A stretch of DNA of 64,000 nucleotides from Octopus sinensis. Taxonomy: Eukaryota. The DNA is taken from contig NC_042997.1 of the NCBI RefSeq assembly GCF_006345805.1, positions 48,856,001 through 48,920,000 on the forward strand, given 5' to 3'. The notes beneath the pieces are model-generated. The model was not told the origin of the DNA and searched no databases. It saw nothing but the letters and a program-made list of their open reading frames with translations. Position 1 is the first letter of the stretch, and each line of letters starts with the position of its first letter. Below are positions 39,849-54,163 of this stretch, piece by piece. A program made the translations under genes and the position numbers.

Positions 39849-41011
39849 TGAGTGTGAGTGTGTGTTTAAGTATATATGTATGTATATGTATTTTTGTGAT
39901 TTTTATTATTTTTTCTGTTAAAATCATATAAGAAAATACTTTAAATATAGTACAGATTTTTAAAATTCAATGGTTCGTTGATGATTTTGCGTAATATTGG
40001 TATAACGCTAATAGATTTTTTACAATCACTACTGGTAAATTAGTGCTTATTCGTTCACTAAGAAAACAAATATACAAGTGAACACTTATGTCGTGAACCA
40101 CAGAAAAGAGTGTGGTGCCGGATACAAGAACTCTCAACCATTTGTAAAATGTTATCCAGTCGACTACTTTCCTCCTAAATTTAAAATTATGTAAAGTAAA
40201 AATAAATATAATAAATTTGTGATTTGTGATAAGACTATAACTTGGTGAATTTCTTTGATGTGTTGGAATGCGGAGACATAATCATCTCTGCAATATAAAG
40301 AAATAAAGGAAAGTAGATAATAGCAGGTAGATAATGATGTTGTTTGTAAGTAAAATTATATTGTACTTTTGTAATGATACAATGGCATGCAGACACTGGA
40401 AATCAGATTTGTGCTACCGTAAATGTTATCTGCTAACCGAGTTTTGTAAATGAATATAACGAGGTTATATTCTTTTTATTGCATTGTATTCAGTTCTGCA
40501 TATATGTGTACATTAATATGCGTGAAAGAAATGTATCTTTAAATTGATCAGAAAGATGTTACCCACCCACTTGTCATAAGTCTAAGTTTCTCTTGCTTCA
40601 GGCAAATAATAGTATTATTGATAAACAACCTTCCATAATGAAGATAACAATCCGCAATCATCTTATTTTCCTAAAATTATCTCTTGTATTCTGTCTTTTA
40701 TTATATATCTGACGATAGAATGTGATTTATCAAATGACTTCTTTCATTTGGTCGTTTCGATGGTCATATTGCGATGGTCTTTCATTTGGAGTGTTCCGAT
40801 GGTCATATTGCGAGCGCTTGTATCATGGACAATTCACGCAAGTATATTTGAAATGTACATTAATATCAATTTGATTTTATGAAACATAAACCAGACCAAA
40901 AAATACAGAAAAGGCTGAAATCAACAGCGACTGTATTTTTGGCCAATAATTTAAATTGATAAGATTGCATTTATGAAAGAAGACATTTGGAATGGAAGAA
41001 ACTTCCATTAA

Positions 41012-41224
41012 CCCTTTCCTTACTGTGTTTATTTCAGGTGCTCTGTGTTTATTTCAATTACTTCAAATATAACAAAGATTTTCGTAAAATAACTTAGTTG
41101 TCATTAAGCTAGTGTTAGGAACATAAATTGTGACTAAGGTTTGGTGGAAGATTTTAGTTCAAAACTTTTGAAAACATTAGTACTCAGAGCCAGAGCCGGT
41201 TTCAGCCAGGTTGGTAACGAAAGG
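41012..41224. mobile_element. Possible piggyBac-type MITE
   Basis: TTAA followed by CCCTTTCCTTAC at the left end. The right end GTAACGAAAGG is an imperfect inverted copy and the right TTAA is missing. Confidence 0.45.
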
Positions 41225-42239
41225 TGCCGTTCTTTAATATTTTGTTGGATGTAATTTATGCTGCAGACAATTTCTAGCAAACTTACATCTCTTCCATTCC
41301 GAGAAACATTAATTTATTGTAACCGCTGCAGTGCGTGCTACACGGGACTTCTAGCAAACATGCATCTGTTCTACTCTTCAGCGCAGTAAAAATGTCACAT
41401 CTTCAAGTTCTTCCTTGTTCAATGAATTCTAAATACCAGAAAATCTACCCATCTACGATGGCGGTATAGAATGAGGGAGAGAAGTCGTAACAGCAGTATG
41501 TATTGAGAAATGTGTAAATGGACTTGATAGATTACTGGGTGAAGTCTTAGAGAAATCACATTCTTGTTGGTGATACAACAATCTATTGCGGCTATATGAT
41601 GTGTTTGCGACTAAGTGACATGTGATGACGATTCACTCCTGCGAACTGAATAGGCTCCCAGGCTCTGTATTATGAATGGTTATGTGAACCATTCTTAACG
41701 AAAGTCAGAGCTTCCTTCGACCACTAGATAAAAAGTATTAAGAAACAATGTTATTTAGATATAGTTTTATTGTAGCTGTTTACACTATTTTATGCTTGTT
41801 TATACTCTTATACATTCAACGTTCTCAAATTTCCTTATTTCAATTATGAATCATATTCTTTTAGATAATATCAATATGATTGCAAAACTTCTTTCTAGAC
41901 GATATTTTCTGTTTGGTGGACACTGATTTTCAAATTACTGGAGTCCGTTGCTCTACTCATAGCGAGGTATAACTGGCCGTGTGTAAACATCAGAGTGGGT
42001 AAATATACACCTAAACGATCTAAAGTCTGGCCCTGTGCCTTGCTTGCTGTGAATCTTTAGGATTGTAAAAAATCCAACTAAGACTTACCTTCCACTATTC
42101 TGTGCGAATAATGTCTAGATTTTCTGGTACCAATGGTTATTTTGATTGACAAGATAGTGATGTAAACAACAACTGCTTCGATTAGCTGTTTCGAAACCTG
42201 CTCGAGACTGACACACTTAAATAACCACTAAATAATCCC

Positions 42240-42907
42240 ACACACTATATATTAACACACGCTTTTCATTTTATTTTCGCTGTTAACCGTCGTCGCCACC
42301 CTTTTCGTATCTACGATGGGGCCACGAACTATACGCTGAAAATCCAAAAGTTACTCGTGGTCGGTGAATTTTTGATAAAAATGCGAAGGTGGTTTGTCAA
42401 TTCAAAAATCGATATCCACGAAATAATCATAGTTTCTGATTATTTTTTAATGCTAAAAAACCTTCCTGGCGTCTTTGTAATCCCGAAATATATCGTAACC
42501 ATTGGCCCAGCCGTGTGGTCGTGAAGAGGGAACAAAGTGACGGACAGACAGCCAGACATAACACCCATTATAGTAAGATAGCAAATCTGCCCATCAAAAA
42601 TGGGAAATAAAGGTGTAGTATCGCAAATCTAAACCCTCTAAATTCACGAACTATACAGGGGTGAAATACAGAGTTAATCCTCGTCGCAGCAATTTTTTAA
42701 AAAAAATCAAAGGTGATCTATTAGTACAAAACTCAGATCCGGTAAATAATCATACTTTTCCACATTTGTTTTGCTAAAAACCTTCCTGGTTACCTCTTTT
42801 GTCATCCCGAAAAATATCGTGACCATTGGTCCCAGCCGTTTGACCGTAAAAAGGGAACATACAGACACACGGACAGATAGACAGACATCACGACCATTAT
42901 AGTAAGA
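42240..42907 (-). mobile_element. Two tandem Helitron/DINE-like non-autonomous fragments
   Basis: Both begin on the minus strand with TCTTACTATAATGG followed by a (GTCT)n-like tract (5' ends at 42578 and 42907), and they share an internal segment. 3' hairpin and CTAG not identified. Confidence 0.5.
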
Positions 42908-44079
42908 CATGTATTTATCACAAGCGGATATTTTGATGAGAAGAACAACCATATCATAAACATGAAATATTGGAGATTATAAGGACCCTCCGAAAAAGGA
43001 CACCATCCCAAGCATTGGCTTTATATCACAGCTTTTCATACTAACTTGTAGTTGTTAATTTTTTTTATTTTCAAGCGATGAAGTTTCAGCAGTTTGTTTC
43101 GTGTAATCACTATTGTATGGTCAACACATTTACCTTCCTAATACGAAGACCCTGTATACCCAAGAGTAAATTGTTACAACATAGAAGAACCTCACTACAC
43201 TATACGATCGTTGCAAGGTGAGACTGGCAGATGTTGCAATAATTTCTAGTTCATCTCACGAGTGTGTACTGTATGTTTCTTTGTTTTTCTTTTTCTTTTC
43301 AATGACTAAGCAGAGAAGTGAGTGTGCTTATCACCTTTCTCGTGGATTCTGTGACTGAAGGAGCGAAAGTAGAATGTTATTCTCAAGCAGTAGGCTTTTT
43401 TTTTAATTATTGCTAATGGTAACCAACAACTACGTGGCAGTGTTCCTTTTAACTTTTACTTGTCAGAGTACACAAAACCTTTATGCTGTGTAGATGCTTT
43501 CCTTCTGACAAAATTATGGGCACATTAAAAGCTTCTGCAAATATAAACTCAAAATCGTTTCAACAGAAACCTAAATGACATCTCGAAAAAAAGAGAAAAA
43601 TCTGGAAAAAGAGAAGGATAAAAGAAGGCAGAGGTGAAGAAAAGTAGTAATAGATAGAGGTGAAGGATGAGGGAATGAATACGAGGAGGTGGTGGTTACA
43701 ATGGCGTCATAATGGTAATGGATAGCACATAAGGTGTTACTCAATACTGAGTAATTTAGTTTAGGGCCGTTAATTGACTCTTGTCCGCTACATACATTTA
43801 GGCCATGTCTCCAGTTTGGTAACTTTTCTCAGATTGATTCATTATACTAAAATATAACCCATAATCCACACTAAATACGCAAAAGATTCTCCCAATCTCC
43901 AATAACTTTGCGATATCTTAAATTGTTAATTTTGAGGTACAACTGCCACAACCTGACTAAAGGTTGGAATTTGTATAAATTTTTTATTTCAATAGAATTT
44001 TGTAATCATTAAATTACTTATTTTAGGTGGAAAACTATATTTCATGCATACGTCAATAATTTATTCATCGCCAGATGTG

Positions 44080-45035
44080 AAGTCATAATCTGCAAATGCA
44101 CAAAGGTCAAAAATTAACTGTTCTTGTACCTCATTTTTGGGAAACTTTTAATGAAAATGAACTCAAAGACAATTTATATCAGTCAGCAGTAAGCTTGTAT
44201 TTACAGTTTTCTTTACTTTGTTGGCAGAGTAAAACTTTAACGTTATCATTCTGCCAAACATTGTCTTTCACATACTGGTTTCTTATCGTGTTAATTTTGC
44301 CTTGCGCAAAATGTAGTGAATCAATCGTTGTCAGACTCTCTTTTACAGATTCTTATAAAGTGTAGTCAGCTCTTCAAAGACATCTTTTAAACCTGTATTG
44401 TATGTGATGTTTATCAATTTCTTACGACAGATTTCAGCCGCAGGGTTATTTTGACTTATCTTTTTCAAAATATGTGATCAATAACTCATAATTTTATTAT
44501 AGTATTGCTGCCTTCAATGCCACGAGTCTACATAATTATTTGACTTCATTGAGTTGTCTATAAGTAACGGCTTCATTTACAGAGGCTTCTAGAATTTGTT
44601 CAAAGTTAAATCTTTTAGATGCAGATCGATCAAACGCAGTATAGATTGTCTTCATCAAAGTTTCTTATTAGATTGGACTCTTTCTTTGTATCACAAATCC
44701 TCATCTCTTTGTGTTGTGCTTCACAGCTTCTCTGATTAAATGTGCTGCGACACTACTAACTCTACCCAACATTACTGACGATCCAAAAACATACACATCA
44801 CCATTTTTGAGTAAAACCACTTCGTTTCTAAAGCAAAAAAATAGCCAGACTGAACTGTTTTACAAAAATGTTTTATACACTGTACAAGCTTTAAATCTAA
44901 AATTGAAATACAGAATGCAATATTTGATGACCGATATATTTGTGGTTTCGCCAACTGTTATAATGTGGAAATCCACTGATATTATTTCTTCGAACAATTT
45001 CTGAACAATATAGTTGATAGCCTCAAGAAATCCTA
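44080..45035 (-). mobile_element. hAT-superfamily transposase fossil
   Basis: Manual translation gives collinear motifs VGETTNISVIKYCILYFNFR (DE.TD.S-like), GSSVMLGRVSSVAAHL (DGA.VM.G...GV-like), NEVK*LCRLVALKA (RW.SR-like) and LKDVFEELTTLYKNL / ESLTTIDSLHFAQGKI. Many stops and frameshifts. No TIRs found. Confidence 0.7.
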
Positions 45036-45534
45036 ATCAAGTATATTTTTCCTTCCCCGGCTCTCTGCGAGTTGAGTATACGTTACATGTCTACTAACGT
45101 ACTAAATATGAAGAGTAAGTTGTTTCTTTTAACAGTTAACCACAGACTGTCGATAAGAAGTTTGAACTTACCTAGAATTTATAGTTTTTTCTCTCACTCA
45201 CACTCACTCTCACTGTTTCAGATTTATTACCAAGAGCTCATAATGCAACAGATTAAAAACTAGCCAATAGCATACTTTTCTTCTGATAAGAGACTCGTAT
45301 TCAGAGTGGGCCAAAATACACGCACAATGTAAGTTCAATACGCACCGGATTTGTCAAAGACATGCTTCAATTATTCTAAAATTAAATAACTTATAACTGG
45401 GACAGTATCCTAAATCTTGTTATTATCTTTCTTGTTTTCCTGTCTATTTTGATTAGTTGATTTAGAGCCCAGTTAAGAATATTTTATATGTAACTTATAG
45501 CTGGGAAGGCTAGAATATATTCATTGACACGACA

Positions 45535-46090
45535 GAGTTGGGACCTATATACACTGGAAGCTATGCCAACACTATAGAATAACAACAGAAAAAAGTTGGT
45601 TTAGGCATACGCCAGAAAAGGTCACAGAAAATGAGAAAGCAACCATACTCTGGAATATGCCAATACACAGATAAAGAAAGATCAGTGTCCCGGATATAGT
45701 TGTCAGAGATCACCTAGAAAAATGCTTTCTAATCGATGAGTCAATACCAACGTTTCTCTAAAAGAAACGGAGAACATTTCAAAATACAAAGATCTGGAAA
45801 TATAGGTAACTCCAATGTGGGGTCTGAAAACAGAAATAGTTCTTATTATAGTAGGCGCATTAGGTACGATAAAAAAGACCTTCAGACAAATACATAACAA
45901 AAATACCAGGACTAACGCGTATATATAACATACAGAAAGTAGTCCTACTAAGCACCGCACACATCCTACGTAAAACGCTTTCAATACAGTAACTATAAGA
46001 GCATCACAACAAACCACAGCATGTACTCAAGGCGCACAGAGCTGCGCTGGTTAGTGAAGTGAAAGCGCGTGATAAAAATAAGACAACTGA
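45535..46090 (+). mobile_element. R4/Dong-like LINE 3' fragment, decayed
   Basis: Homologous to about 16940-17500 (HWKLCQHY, KYKDL, GALG, 3' UTR). Ends ACAACTG-AATAAT. Confidence 0.85.
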
Positions 46091-46316
46091 ATAATGATAT
46101 AAGATATGTAAGATCTCCCCTGTCGTCTCCAAGTTCTTACAAGGTAGCATGGCCATGTGGAACACACGTTTCCTTCTATTCCATAGTAATGGGATGAGCT
46201 AATCCAACAACATCAACATCAAACGCGGTCTCCATTACGCTTTTACATGGCACTGATCCCACTTTCAAACGAACTGAATGACACCAAAATTTAGAACACT
46301 ATAACAAACTATCTGT

Positions 46317-46483
46317 TTTATTTACATTATTTACAATCGACGGATATTTGTCCTCATGTTGTTTGTTGTTAACACAACGTTTCGGCTGATATACTCCCCA
46401 GCTTTCATCAGGTGTCTTGGGGAAATTTCGAACCTGGGTTCTCATTCCTAAGGTATTTTTCGATGTTGTTGTTGTTATTATTA

Positions 46484-46533
<50 letters not shown>

Positions 46534-46629
46534 TTATTATTATTATTATTCATGTTACTGCTTGGAATCGAACTTGGAATCTTGGGGTTAGTAGCCCGTG
46601 ATCTTAACCACTACGCCATATGCCCGTGG
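46317..46629 (-). mobile_element. tRNA-headed SINE-like element with (AAT)n linker and hammerhead-bearing tail (family H)
   Basis: Minus strand: CCACGGGCATATGGCGTAGTGGTTAAG...AAGTTCGATTCC (A and B boxes), (AAT)n, ATCGAAAAATACCTTAGG..., the hammerhead motif, then a (TGTAAATAA)2 end. Confidence 0.75.
46371..46416 (-). ncRNA. Minimal type-I hammerhead ribozyme motif with canonical core
   Basis: GACAC-CTGATGA-AAGCTG(GGGAGTATAT)CAGCC-GAAA-CGTT-GTGTT. Stem I GACAC/GUGUU, stem II GCUG/CAGC, palindromic ACGU stem III, GUU triplet. Predicted cut between 46376 and 46375. Confidence 0.7.
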
Positions 46630-47245
46630 TGACATGACAGATGGGCAAAAGGCAATCTACGACAGAATAAAGGAAACGCTACAGGAGAACGATGGCGACA
46701 TTATTTGCAACTTTAAAAAGGTTGGTCGGTTGGAATTAAACCAAGAAACGAAAAATGTAATTCTGGGATACATCAGAACAAAAATACCGGACACTAAACA
46801 AGAAGCATGATATTGAAAGAAAGGGCCTGAAAGTGGTAATGGAGGAACTGAAACAGCGTCTCGTTACAAAGAAAGGAAAGATACAACCAAAGAATGAAGG
46901 GATACCAGCAGAATATGTTATTCAGCGCAGATCAGAAGAGATTCTACAAAGAAATAAATGGAGGGTGTACTGATGGAAAGTTGATACCAGATAACATTGA
47001 AAGTCAAAGGTTTTGGAGTGACATCTGGAGCAAAGACAAGGAGCCCAAGAAGGATGCTGAATGGTTACAAGAACTGAAACAAACAGTAGTCTGTCCAAAA
47101 CAGGCAGAACTAATCATTTCAGTTAGGGAAGTGAAGGAAATCAGCAAAGAAAGGAAGGCCCCGGAACCAGATGGGCTTCAGGGCTACTGGATCAAAAGAT
47201 TTGGTGAATGTGATGCACGAATAGCTGCACAACACCTTGTTAAAT
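46630..47245 (+). mobile_element. RLE LINE (R4/Dong-like) fragment upstream of and entering the RT domain
   Basis: ORF 46894-47277 contains QKRFYKEIN, FWSDIW and KAPEPDGLQGYWIK (KAPGPDG motif at the start of the RT). Confidence 0.8.
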
Positions 47246-47253
47246 ACCTACCA

Positions 47254-47916
47254 AGCGGGATGGGCTACTCGATCTGAAGAAAATTCTGAACCCCACCTGC
47301 AAGGTCATAAACTGTTTATCTGGATATAAGAGCACCAAATCGCGCACATATTGTTGTGATGCATGTGCCTGGTGTACTCTTATCAGACGAGTAGTTATCA
47401 TGGGTATATTGCGCTTTTTGCCATGCCATCTTGATGGCATGGGAAAAAAAATAATAATAAAAGATGGGCTACAGCAAATATTCTGCTCAACACCACAGCT
47501 TTACTTGTGAGTTGTTTGACTTTAACAAGCTGAACATGTCCCTTAGTGGTTGGCGATATGTGCATTTCTGATCACGACAAGAAAAAGAGAAGTATCATAC
47601 CCATCTTTTGAGGGGAATTCTTTGGGGTTTGAATAATTCACCTCTGGAAACAAATGTTTCGTTCATCTTCCTTAAACAACCCTTTTTCAGGGACCTTTTG
47701 AGCGCGATAGGCACTCGACCTGAAGAAAATTCTAATTGGGTCCTACCTGCAAGGTCATGGATTGCTTACCTTGATATGAGATCACCAAATCGCGCATGTG
47801 ATGGTTGTGATGCATGTGCCTGGTGTACCTTATCAGACGGGTAGTCATGATGGGTATATTGGCTTCGTATATTTTACCCCAGTGTCACTTTAATATCATG
47901 CGCAGCCCTCCCACTC
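47254..47916 (+). mobile_element. Two 5'-truncated family N copies in tandem, separated by a short A/AAT tract
   Basis: 47254 to about 47443 matches the 3' third of family N. 47461-47916 matches from AAGATGGGCTACAGC to the 3' end. Confidence 0.8.
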
Positions 47917-47931
47917 AATCATAATAAAACC

Positions 47932-48520
47932 TTTCTACTAAAGGCACAAAGCCTGAAATTTTGGGGCGAGGAGACTAGTCGATTACATTGAGTCAGTGTT
48001 TCCCCTGGTACTTATTTTATCGACACGCAAAGGATAAAAGCAAACTCGCAGGAATTTGAACTCTGAACGTACGAAATGCCGGTAAGCATGCTAACGTTTC
48101 TTAATTTTTTTATTGCCCACAAGGAGCTAAACACAGAGAGGACAAACAAGGACAGACAAACGCATTAAGTCTATTACATCGACCTCAGTGCGTAACTGGT
48201 ACTTATTTAATCGCTCCCGAAAGGATGAAAGACAAAGTCGACCTCGGCGGAATTTGAACTCACAACGTAACGGCAGACGAAATACCTATTTATTTACTAC
48301 CCAAAAGGTGCTAAACACAGAGGGGACAAACAAGGACAGACACACATATTAAGTCGATTACATCAACCCCAGTGCGTAACTGGTACTTAATTTATCGACC
48401 CCGAAAGGATGAAAGGCAAAGTCGACCTCGGCGGGATTTGAACTCAGAACATAACGGCAGACGAAATACAGCTGCGCTTTTCGCCCGGCGTGCTAACGTT
48501 TCTGCCAGCTCACTGCCTTA
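47932..48520 (-). mobile_element. SINE family M trimer (A, A, B)
   Basis: Type-1 junction at 48285/48286, type-2 junction at about 48099/48100, terminal tail B. Confidence 0.85.
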
Positions 48521-49379
48521 GTAATTATAGCAACCGTTTCTTTATTTATAACATATAAATAAAATGTCGAGTGTATTGGAGCGTTTTTTTTTATGGGGCG
48601 GGGTTTCATCCTTTAGTGTGACCACCGATGTAATCGATCACTGGCAAATTCTCTTCTTGATATTCTATTCTTGATATTCTGGGAATTTCTCTAAGACTGT
48701 TGATATATCACACAGATTTAACCGGCGATATGACGTCGAAAAAAAAAGGAGTAAAAATCTTCTTCTCACGACGAGATGACATCTCGATTTTCTCCTTTTG
48801 TTGTAGTCTCATTGCATTTCAGTATTGACTTTAAACTATGTGAGACGTTAAATGTGGAGAGCGCAACAAGTCTCAACTATTTGAATATGAAATATGAAGT
48901 TGTGTGCCAACGACCTAATAGGTTAAAAGATTCACTTTCATCGTGCAATGTCATTATTCGGTGCGGGAAGGGGGCTAACTATGGAAATCAGAGATTTGGA
49001 AAACTTCACGGAATAAAGGAAATATGTAGAAGCATGAGTAGTAGTAGTGGTAGTAGTAGTATTTTCGATCAGTGATATTACCAACCACCTCTATCTCAGA
49101 TTTGCTAATGATGTTAACTACAAAGGTGCCTGTTCATCATCCAGCTGATGATTTATTGCACTTGGAAAAAAAAGATAATTTAGAACTAGCAAAAAAATGA
49201 CTCGGTAGTGGAAGTAGCAACAGAGACTGAGTGAGAGAAAAATATTTAGAAAAAAAAAACAAAGTTTAAAAAAAAATTAAAAGAAAATAAAAGTATGGGA
49301 TGCTTTCCTTTGAATTCGTAATGAACTGCCGCGAATGGGAATGGCTTTGCTAATCAATCCATTTATCAAACTAAAAAAA

Positions 49380-50493
<1,114 letters not shown>

Positions 50494-50930
50494 CGACGAA
50501 GAGAAAAGTAATATGAAAAGAGGAGCAGATAAAGCAGAAGATAAGACGTTAGAGGTATCCTTCTCTCTATATCACCATATCTCTCCGTAAGAGAGAACTA
50601 TGGTAAGAAAAGAGAGAGGAACTGAGATGGTAGTTTATAAAGGGAAATGAGTGACGACGAAGAGCCGCTTTTTTTTGGTAATGTTTCAAAATGTTCATTA
50701 GTGCTTGATATTTAAATTTGCAGTTTGAACATGGTGGGAAAAAAAAAACGTTAAAATGTTTGCCCTCCATTAAGAAATTTGGTGAATATATTTCTTCCTT
50801 ATGCTTCTCAATTTATATTTCATTAGCAATTCATTTAGAAACGTTTTGCTAATAGCAGAAATGCGTATGGATGAATATATCTCTACATATGCATGCATTT
50901 GTATGTATAAGTATATATACACACACACAA

Positions 50931-51012
<82 letters not shown>

Positions 51013-51254
51013 GTAGATATAGACATATATGTACATAAATGCGTGCATATATGTGTATGTGTGTGTACGTATGTATGTATATATATTTATATATATATAT
51101 ATATACATACATATATATATATACATATGTATATATATTTATATATATATATATATATGAATATATATGCATGTGTGTGTTCGTGCGTGTAAATATGTAT
51201 GTGTGCGTGTGCGTGTGTGTGTGTGCGTGCATGTGTGTGTGTGTGTGTACGAGT

Positions 51255-51530
51255 ACACTTTTATTCTTTTACTTGTATCAATCGCAGAAATCGAGCCCAG
51301 AACTTATCTTATCGTTCTCTTTGGCCGAACCACTAAGTTTCAGGGACGTAAACACATCAACATCAGCTGTCAAGTGATGGTGAGGGGACAAACACAGACA
51401 CACATAAATATATACCAAATCCACTCATAAGGCCGGCCCGAGACTATAGCAGAAGTCTCTTGGCCAAATTGCCACGCGGTGGGACGGAACCCCAAACCGT
51501 ATGCTTGGGAAGCATGCTTCCTACTCCACA
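51255..51530 (-). mobile_element. Decayed CORE-like SINE (family C)
   Basis: Reverse-complement similarity to both halves of family C. Confidence 0.65.
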
Positions 51531-51948
51531 GTTTAATTTGAGATGTGATGTATACTTCTTGAAAGATAACCAGAAAATTATAACTTTTCTCAAGTACACA
51601 ACATGGTTACGCCATAAGTTTTTTATTTCTCCACTGGCAAATATATAGGGAGCGATCTGACTAGTTTCTAGTCTTTTTGTTATGTAGAAATGACTTTTTC
51701 TATATCGTTGTTTCATGCTCCTAACAACTCTGTAGACAAGCCATTGGTATTCACTAAAGATGTCGCCTCACTTATTTCACTTGTGGAGATGTAAAATCTG
51801 TGCTGCCAAACACTAAGAAAAGCTACAGATGATGTGTTTATTAAAAAGAGTGCCCATTACAGTTCCAAACATCTGCTCATGCATATGGATATGCTCGTAT
51901 GCATGAAAATGCGTGTGTATGGGTATATATATGTATGTATGTATGTAT

Positions 51949-52007
<59 letters not shown>

Positions 52008-52039
52008 ATAATCCAAACAAGAAAGCACAAAAAAACACA

Positions 52040-52200
52040 ACAACGCGAGGACGTGGAACAAATATAGTATTATTGGACGCCCAGGAAAGAAGGAGGGTTT
52101 AACGATTCGAGCAGAGCTCTTCGTCGGAAACATAGGAGAAGGAAAGATCCAGAGAAGGGAGGACAGAGGAAAAAAATTGCCAACGATACACACGAGGTCA
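52040..52200 (-). mobile_element. PLE pLTR-like fragment with degenerate hammerhead-like motif
   Basis: Minus strand GTTT-CCGACGA-AGAGCTCTGCTC-GAAT-CGTT-AAAC. Stems I and II are intact and the core carries two substitutions. Confidence 0.55.
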
Positions 52201-52201
52201 C

Positions 52202-52268
<67 letters not shown>

Positions 52269-52289
52269 TATATATATGTTTATATATAT

Positions 52290-52363
<74 letters not shown>

Positions 52364-52405
52364 ATATATATATCTATATATATGCATATATATATATGTA
52401 TATAT

Positions 52406-52504
<99 letters not shown>

Positions 52505-52658
52505 CGTTTATGTATTTCTTTTGCAAGATTTCTGATGTGGAATCGTTTGTTGAAACAAATATTGCTATATTTCGGGATGTTCATTAGTTTGTTCTTTTTT
52601 TTTTGGTGGGGGTGCGAAATATCCATGTGCACTCTATATTTGTTCTTCACTTACTTTG

Positions 52659-52765
52659 TCTCAAGTCCTTCGTCATACATCTTGTGACCTCTTCTGATAG
52701 AAAGACAAAATGAAATAAAGAGAATCGTTGAAGAGGTCACAGGATGCGTGACGAAAGATTTCAGA
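52659..52765. repeat. Short inverted repeat, MITE-like (36-bp arms, 35-bp spacer)
   Basis: TCTCAAGTCCTTCGTCATACATCTTGTGACCTCTTC matches the reverse complement of 52730-52765 with about 5 mismatches. Confidence 0.75.
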
Positions 52766-52789
52766 CATCGGAATAGAGTAGCCAATAGA

Positions 52790-52965
52790 ACAAAATCTTA
52801 CAAACGTGTTACCTCCTTGGCACGGCCAGAAAGATCAGGGAAGTATTAGACAGTTGAAAAGAACAGATAGCATGGTACCGTAGGGTGCAGGCAAGTCTGC
52901 TACGCATGCAAGACTCCAGGGGTTTCAACAAATCCTAAGTTAAAAGGAAGGAATAATAATAAAAA
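52790..52965 (+). mobile_element. 3' tip of a second RLE LINE family ending in (AAT)n
   Basis: QTCYLLGTARKIREVLDS* (LLGTA.I.R.VL terminus), a short UTR, then AATAATAATAA. Confidence 0.65.
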
Positions 52966-53080
52966 GCTCAAGTGAAGAATGAGTATATAATGCGTGTGAT
53001 TATCTGGCAAGCAAAACCTGACCGTCCCAAAATATATAAGTGTGTGAGTGTGTATCTATATATATATATGATTATATAAT

Positions 53081-53143
<63 letters not shown>

Positions 53144-54108
53144 TATATATAGGAATAAATGTAAAGACAAGCAAATTAGGCAAGTCGATATACAAAGTTT
53201 ATTAAATTTATTTGATACGAAAAATGTACGTGTATACATATAAAAATCTGTCAGACTTACACAGAATGGAAACGATATCAAGATTTAAGGGGGGTGAAGA
53301 GGAGTTTTCCGAGTCCTACAGCTGTTCCTGGGGGTTCGGTGGTCCAAAAGAATGTTTGTAACTTGATACCATCATCGGAAACCACCAGCCTCCGTCTTCA
53401 GGGAAGAATTCTACATTTGAGGTGTAAATATCTGGAAGAATTCGTCACTGAGGAGGCAAAATGAAGTTGAAACACGGTGTCCAATAATCTACTAATGACA
53501 TGATAAAATAAGGCACAGCAGATAGAAGAGATCTATAAACCTCAGATTGGAGTTTTAAACTCAGAGTATCCATCCGTATTTCAACGTTAGCTTTGAAACC
53601 ATTTCTGGGACAATGGAATACGTATCAACCTGCCTATAGCAAGGAATATTTGAACTGAAATCATCTTACATTGGAAATCTACATATTTATAATACAATCA
53701 TACAACGAAACATTAAGTAAAGAGAGTGACAGACAATTTCCGAATACAGCCTAAAATCGGAACACCGAAAATTTATAACACGTTTCTAAAATTCCGAGTT
53801 GCTTTTCGTCATCATTGTTATTTAAATTCCAGTTGTGGAAGTGTATTTCTCATTAAAAACACACTTCATCGCTGTAAGAATAGTGAAAATAATTTAAAAA
53901 GATAATGTATTTTTAAGCAGATGCAGTTAGAGAATCACATTAAATATAAAACAATTCGCACATTTATGTTTTATCTATTTTGAATTCTTCTTCGAATTCT
54001 TCTTTTAATTCTTTGAAGTATAATTTAAAATAGCATAAGTATAGATTTTTTGTGCGTTCTCTCTCTCTCTCTCTTTCTCTTTCTCTTTCTCTTTCTCTCT
54101 CTCTCTCT

Positions 54109-54163
<55 letters not shown>

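Noticed and set aside
40741-40813. 38-bp tandem duplication (also a 21-bp unit repeated about 2.5 times at about 13840-13885)
   Set aside because: Ordinary short local duplications with no further structure.
41320-41750. Possible decayed CR1/L2 LINE 3' region on the minus strand
   Set aside because: Only a weak SL.LYR-like resemblance, too degraded to support.
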